A program made the position numbers and the translations under genes. Below the pieces are notes generated by a model. The model did no database searches, had not been told where the DNA came from, and saw only the letters and a list, made by a program, of their open reading frames with translations. A stretch of 64,000 nt of DNA from Stegostoma tigrinum (taxonomy: Eukaryota), in NCBI RefSeq assembly GCF_030684315.1, contig NC_081379.1, positions 43,295,404 to 43,359,403 of the forward strand, written 5' to 3'. Positions 61,481-64,000 of the stretch are shown piece by piece. The first letter of the stretch is position 1. Each line of letters opens with the position of its first letter.

Positions 61481-62618
61481 GTAGGTTTAAAGTTACTTTG
61501 CTAAATGATGTAAACAATATGGGCTAGTCACATATGTTACTTCTGCCTGTTAATTTTAATATTCTATTCATAACAGGTCAACCTGCCAGCAGAAAACAGC
61601 AAAACATAATCTTGGGCAATTTATTTAATAATGTGCTCCTTACATCAACTAAATTTTGCAGCATCCTTGAAGCACCTTTTGTCTGTGTCTGTTTATGTTG
61701 TCACTTGCCGGGGAAATTTTCAGGCTGTGGTGGGTGCCAAAATAAATGGACATTATTCCTTGTATATATGAAGAGATTTTCAAAACTATCGGTCAACTTG
61801 GCCAATTTATAGTTTATTAAATATTTTTGAAGTATAATCACTGCTATTGTTTAGGACATGCATGCAGCAGAACATTTTTACACAGCAAGGACCAAAACCA
61901 GTAACATGATGATAACAAGATCATCCGACCTTGTGATGTTGACAGAGCAACAAAAATATTGTTTGAAGTTGTGCCATGGGATTGTTTAAATCCCCATGGC
62001 AAAGTGGACAGAGCCTCAGTTTAATATCCTATGTGAAGGTCAAAGTCTCCAAAAATGCAGTACCCTTTCAGTACTGCACCAGAATACCAGACTGTTTTTT
62101 TTTTTGTCTTGAGTCTGGGACTTAAATTCATTACCTTCTGATTTCGAGGTGAAATTTCTAACAACTAAACCACAGCTCATTCCTGTGGCAAATTGTCCAA
62201 TGTCCCAAATTTAATGTTCTTCTTTTTGCTCAGCACAACAGAATTGAATATTCCAGAGGGTGAAGGGAATTTATTTTCTGACAGTCACTCTCCTTGACTT
62301 TCCCTACCCCATCTTCTGAATTTTTGCTTATTTTCTGCCAAAGTTGTAATGAACAATGCAGAGCTTTGCTACAGAAATTCAATCGATAGAAATCACTAGA
62401 AAAGGCCTACGTAGAAATGCACGTCTTGAATTATTTATCTAATGTTCTAATTTTCTTGTTAATCAAGAATGATGGAATGTTACAAACTATTTGGCTCTTG
62501 TTGCTGTACCATTGTGACCACAGTGATTTTATTCCCCCCACATCAACCTCATTTAATTTCTGCTTGGTCTTCATACCTTTATATTCCTTTTGCAGTAACT
62601 ATTTAATTTTTCTTGTAG

Positions 62619-62657
62619 GTCTATGGTATCAACATCAGTCTCCTCTGTGAAAAATAA
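62619..62657 (+). CDS. Possible last exon of the FKBP8-like gene (VYGINISLLCEK*)
   Basis: Good acceptor TTTTTCTTGTAG and correct phase, but no recognisable homology. Confidence 0.3.
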   Translation, partial: VYGINISLLCEK

Positions 62658-63149
62658 GGACAAGGCATAGGCCTAAATTTTACTGTATTAATAACAGCAA
62701 CACTATTAGCACTCTCCAATGTTGTTGGGTACATTGGCAGCACCTTCTGGACTTCAGGGAGAAAGCTAGCTAGAAATGTCAGGATGGGTAGTAAGAGCTG
62801 AGAGAGTGAGTATTGGTTTTATAGAAAGAGAGACTGGACAGTGAGTAATGAAAAATAAGGAAACTATAGATAAATGATATTTTCCATTTTACTTCACGTG
62901 TTCACTACAGAGGATGTGAGTAACATCCCAGAGGCAGAAATACATCAGGAAATGGAAGGGATGGAGGAACTCAGGAAAATCAAAATCACTAGAGAAGTGT
63001 ATGTAATAAATTGAAGGACCTGCGCGTTGACACGTGCTTGACATTTGCTCATCTCAGCATCCTAAAAGATGTGAATAGTGAGATAGTAAGACTCCCTTGA
63101 TTTGGGAAAGAGTGGAGGCAGAAAATGCAACTCCTGCATTCCAAAAGGA

Positions 63150-63800
63150 AAGAACGCAGGTAGACAGGGTGGTGAAGGAAGAGTTTAGCACACCTGCCTT
63201 CTTTGGTCAGTGCACTGCATATAGGAGTTGGGACGTCATGTTGTGGCTGTGCAGGACACTTCTACAATCTATATTCAATTCTGGTCTCCCTGCTAGAGGA
63301 CAGATGTTGCTAAACTTGAAAGTATGCAGAAAAGATTTACAAGAATGCGACTGTGATTGGAAGATTTGAGCTATAGTGAGATGCTGAATAGGTTGGGTCT
63401 TTTTTTCCTGGAGCATTGGAAGCTGAGGGGTGACCTTTTTATAGAGGTTTATGAAATCATGAGAGGTACGGATAGGGTGAGTAGCCAAGGTCTTTTTCCC
63501 CAGGGTAGGGGAGTCTAGAAGTAAAGGTTGTAGGATTAAAATGAGAGGGGAAAGATTTAAAAGGGACCTGAGGATAACTTTTTCATGCAGAGGTTAGTGT
63601 GTGTATGGAACGAGCTGCCAGAGGAGATGGTGAAGGCAGGTATAGTTGCAATATTTAGAAGTCATCTGGATAGGTACATGAATAGGAAGGGTTTAGAGGA
63701 ATATGGGCTAAATACTGGCAAATGAGAACTTATTGGTTCAGGATATCTGGATAAGTTGGACCAAAGAGTCTGTTTCCATGTTGTATAACTCTGAATCTAT
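63150..63800 (+). mobile_element. CR1 LINE 3' fragment
   Basis: YRSWDVMLWLCRTL and the CR1 3' region with tail. Confidence 0.85.
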
Positions 63801-64000
63801 GATTCAATAACTACAAGCCAGTTAGCGTCACATATATCATAAGAAAAATGTTATTATTAAAGAAGGGCAGTTGAATAAGTTCAACATAATCAGGCAGCAC
63901 CCAATTTTGAGGTTTTGTGACAGAGAAATCGTGAATTACCAACATATTGGAGTTCTTAAGAAAGTAACATGAATAAAGGGGAAATTTGGATTGTACTGTC

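Noticed and set aside
61577-61609. Alternative last exon of the FKBP8-like gene (VNLPAENSKT*)
   Set aside because: Weak polypyrimidine tract and no homology.
35000-64000. C22orf39, MRPL40 or HIRA, the human neighbours downstream of UFD1
   Set aside because: No recognisable peptide motifs were found by eye.

Overview
Vertebrate nuclear DNA. The repeat landscape (HE1/V-type SINEs, CR1, L2, Tx1, Penelope-like elements) suggests a cartilaginous fish; this is an inference. The window holds four gene-level features. (1) CDC45 exon 1 on the minus strand (MFLSDFRKEFYDVIVNQ) with a CCAAT/E2F promoter; its intron 1 carries a decayed Tx1 LINE and Penelope-like elements (PLEs). (2) A complete 12-exon UFD1 gene (13184-34943, 307 aa) with its own CCAAT promoter about 6.5 kb away and a U12-type intron 5. 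(3) A divergent FKBP8-like FKBP-TPR gene from 43878 to at least 61480. (4) A probable degenerate spliced gene nested antisense in intron 4 of the FKBP8-like gene, with a CpG-rich 5' end; its C-terminus resembles the helix-hairpin-helix region of XPF/ERCC1/FAAP24-family proteins. Many PLE-derived insertions carry minimal hammerhead ribozyme cores, several as inverted structures with 11-15 bp target-site duplications (TSDs). An ~82-bp inverted repeat brackets FKBP8-like exon 4. Exon coordinates were checked by hand for reading phase; repeat boundaries are approximate.
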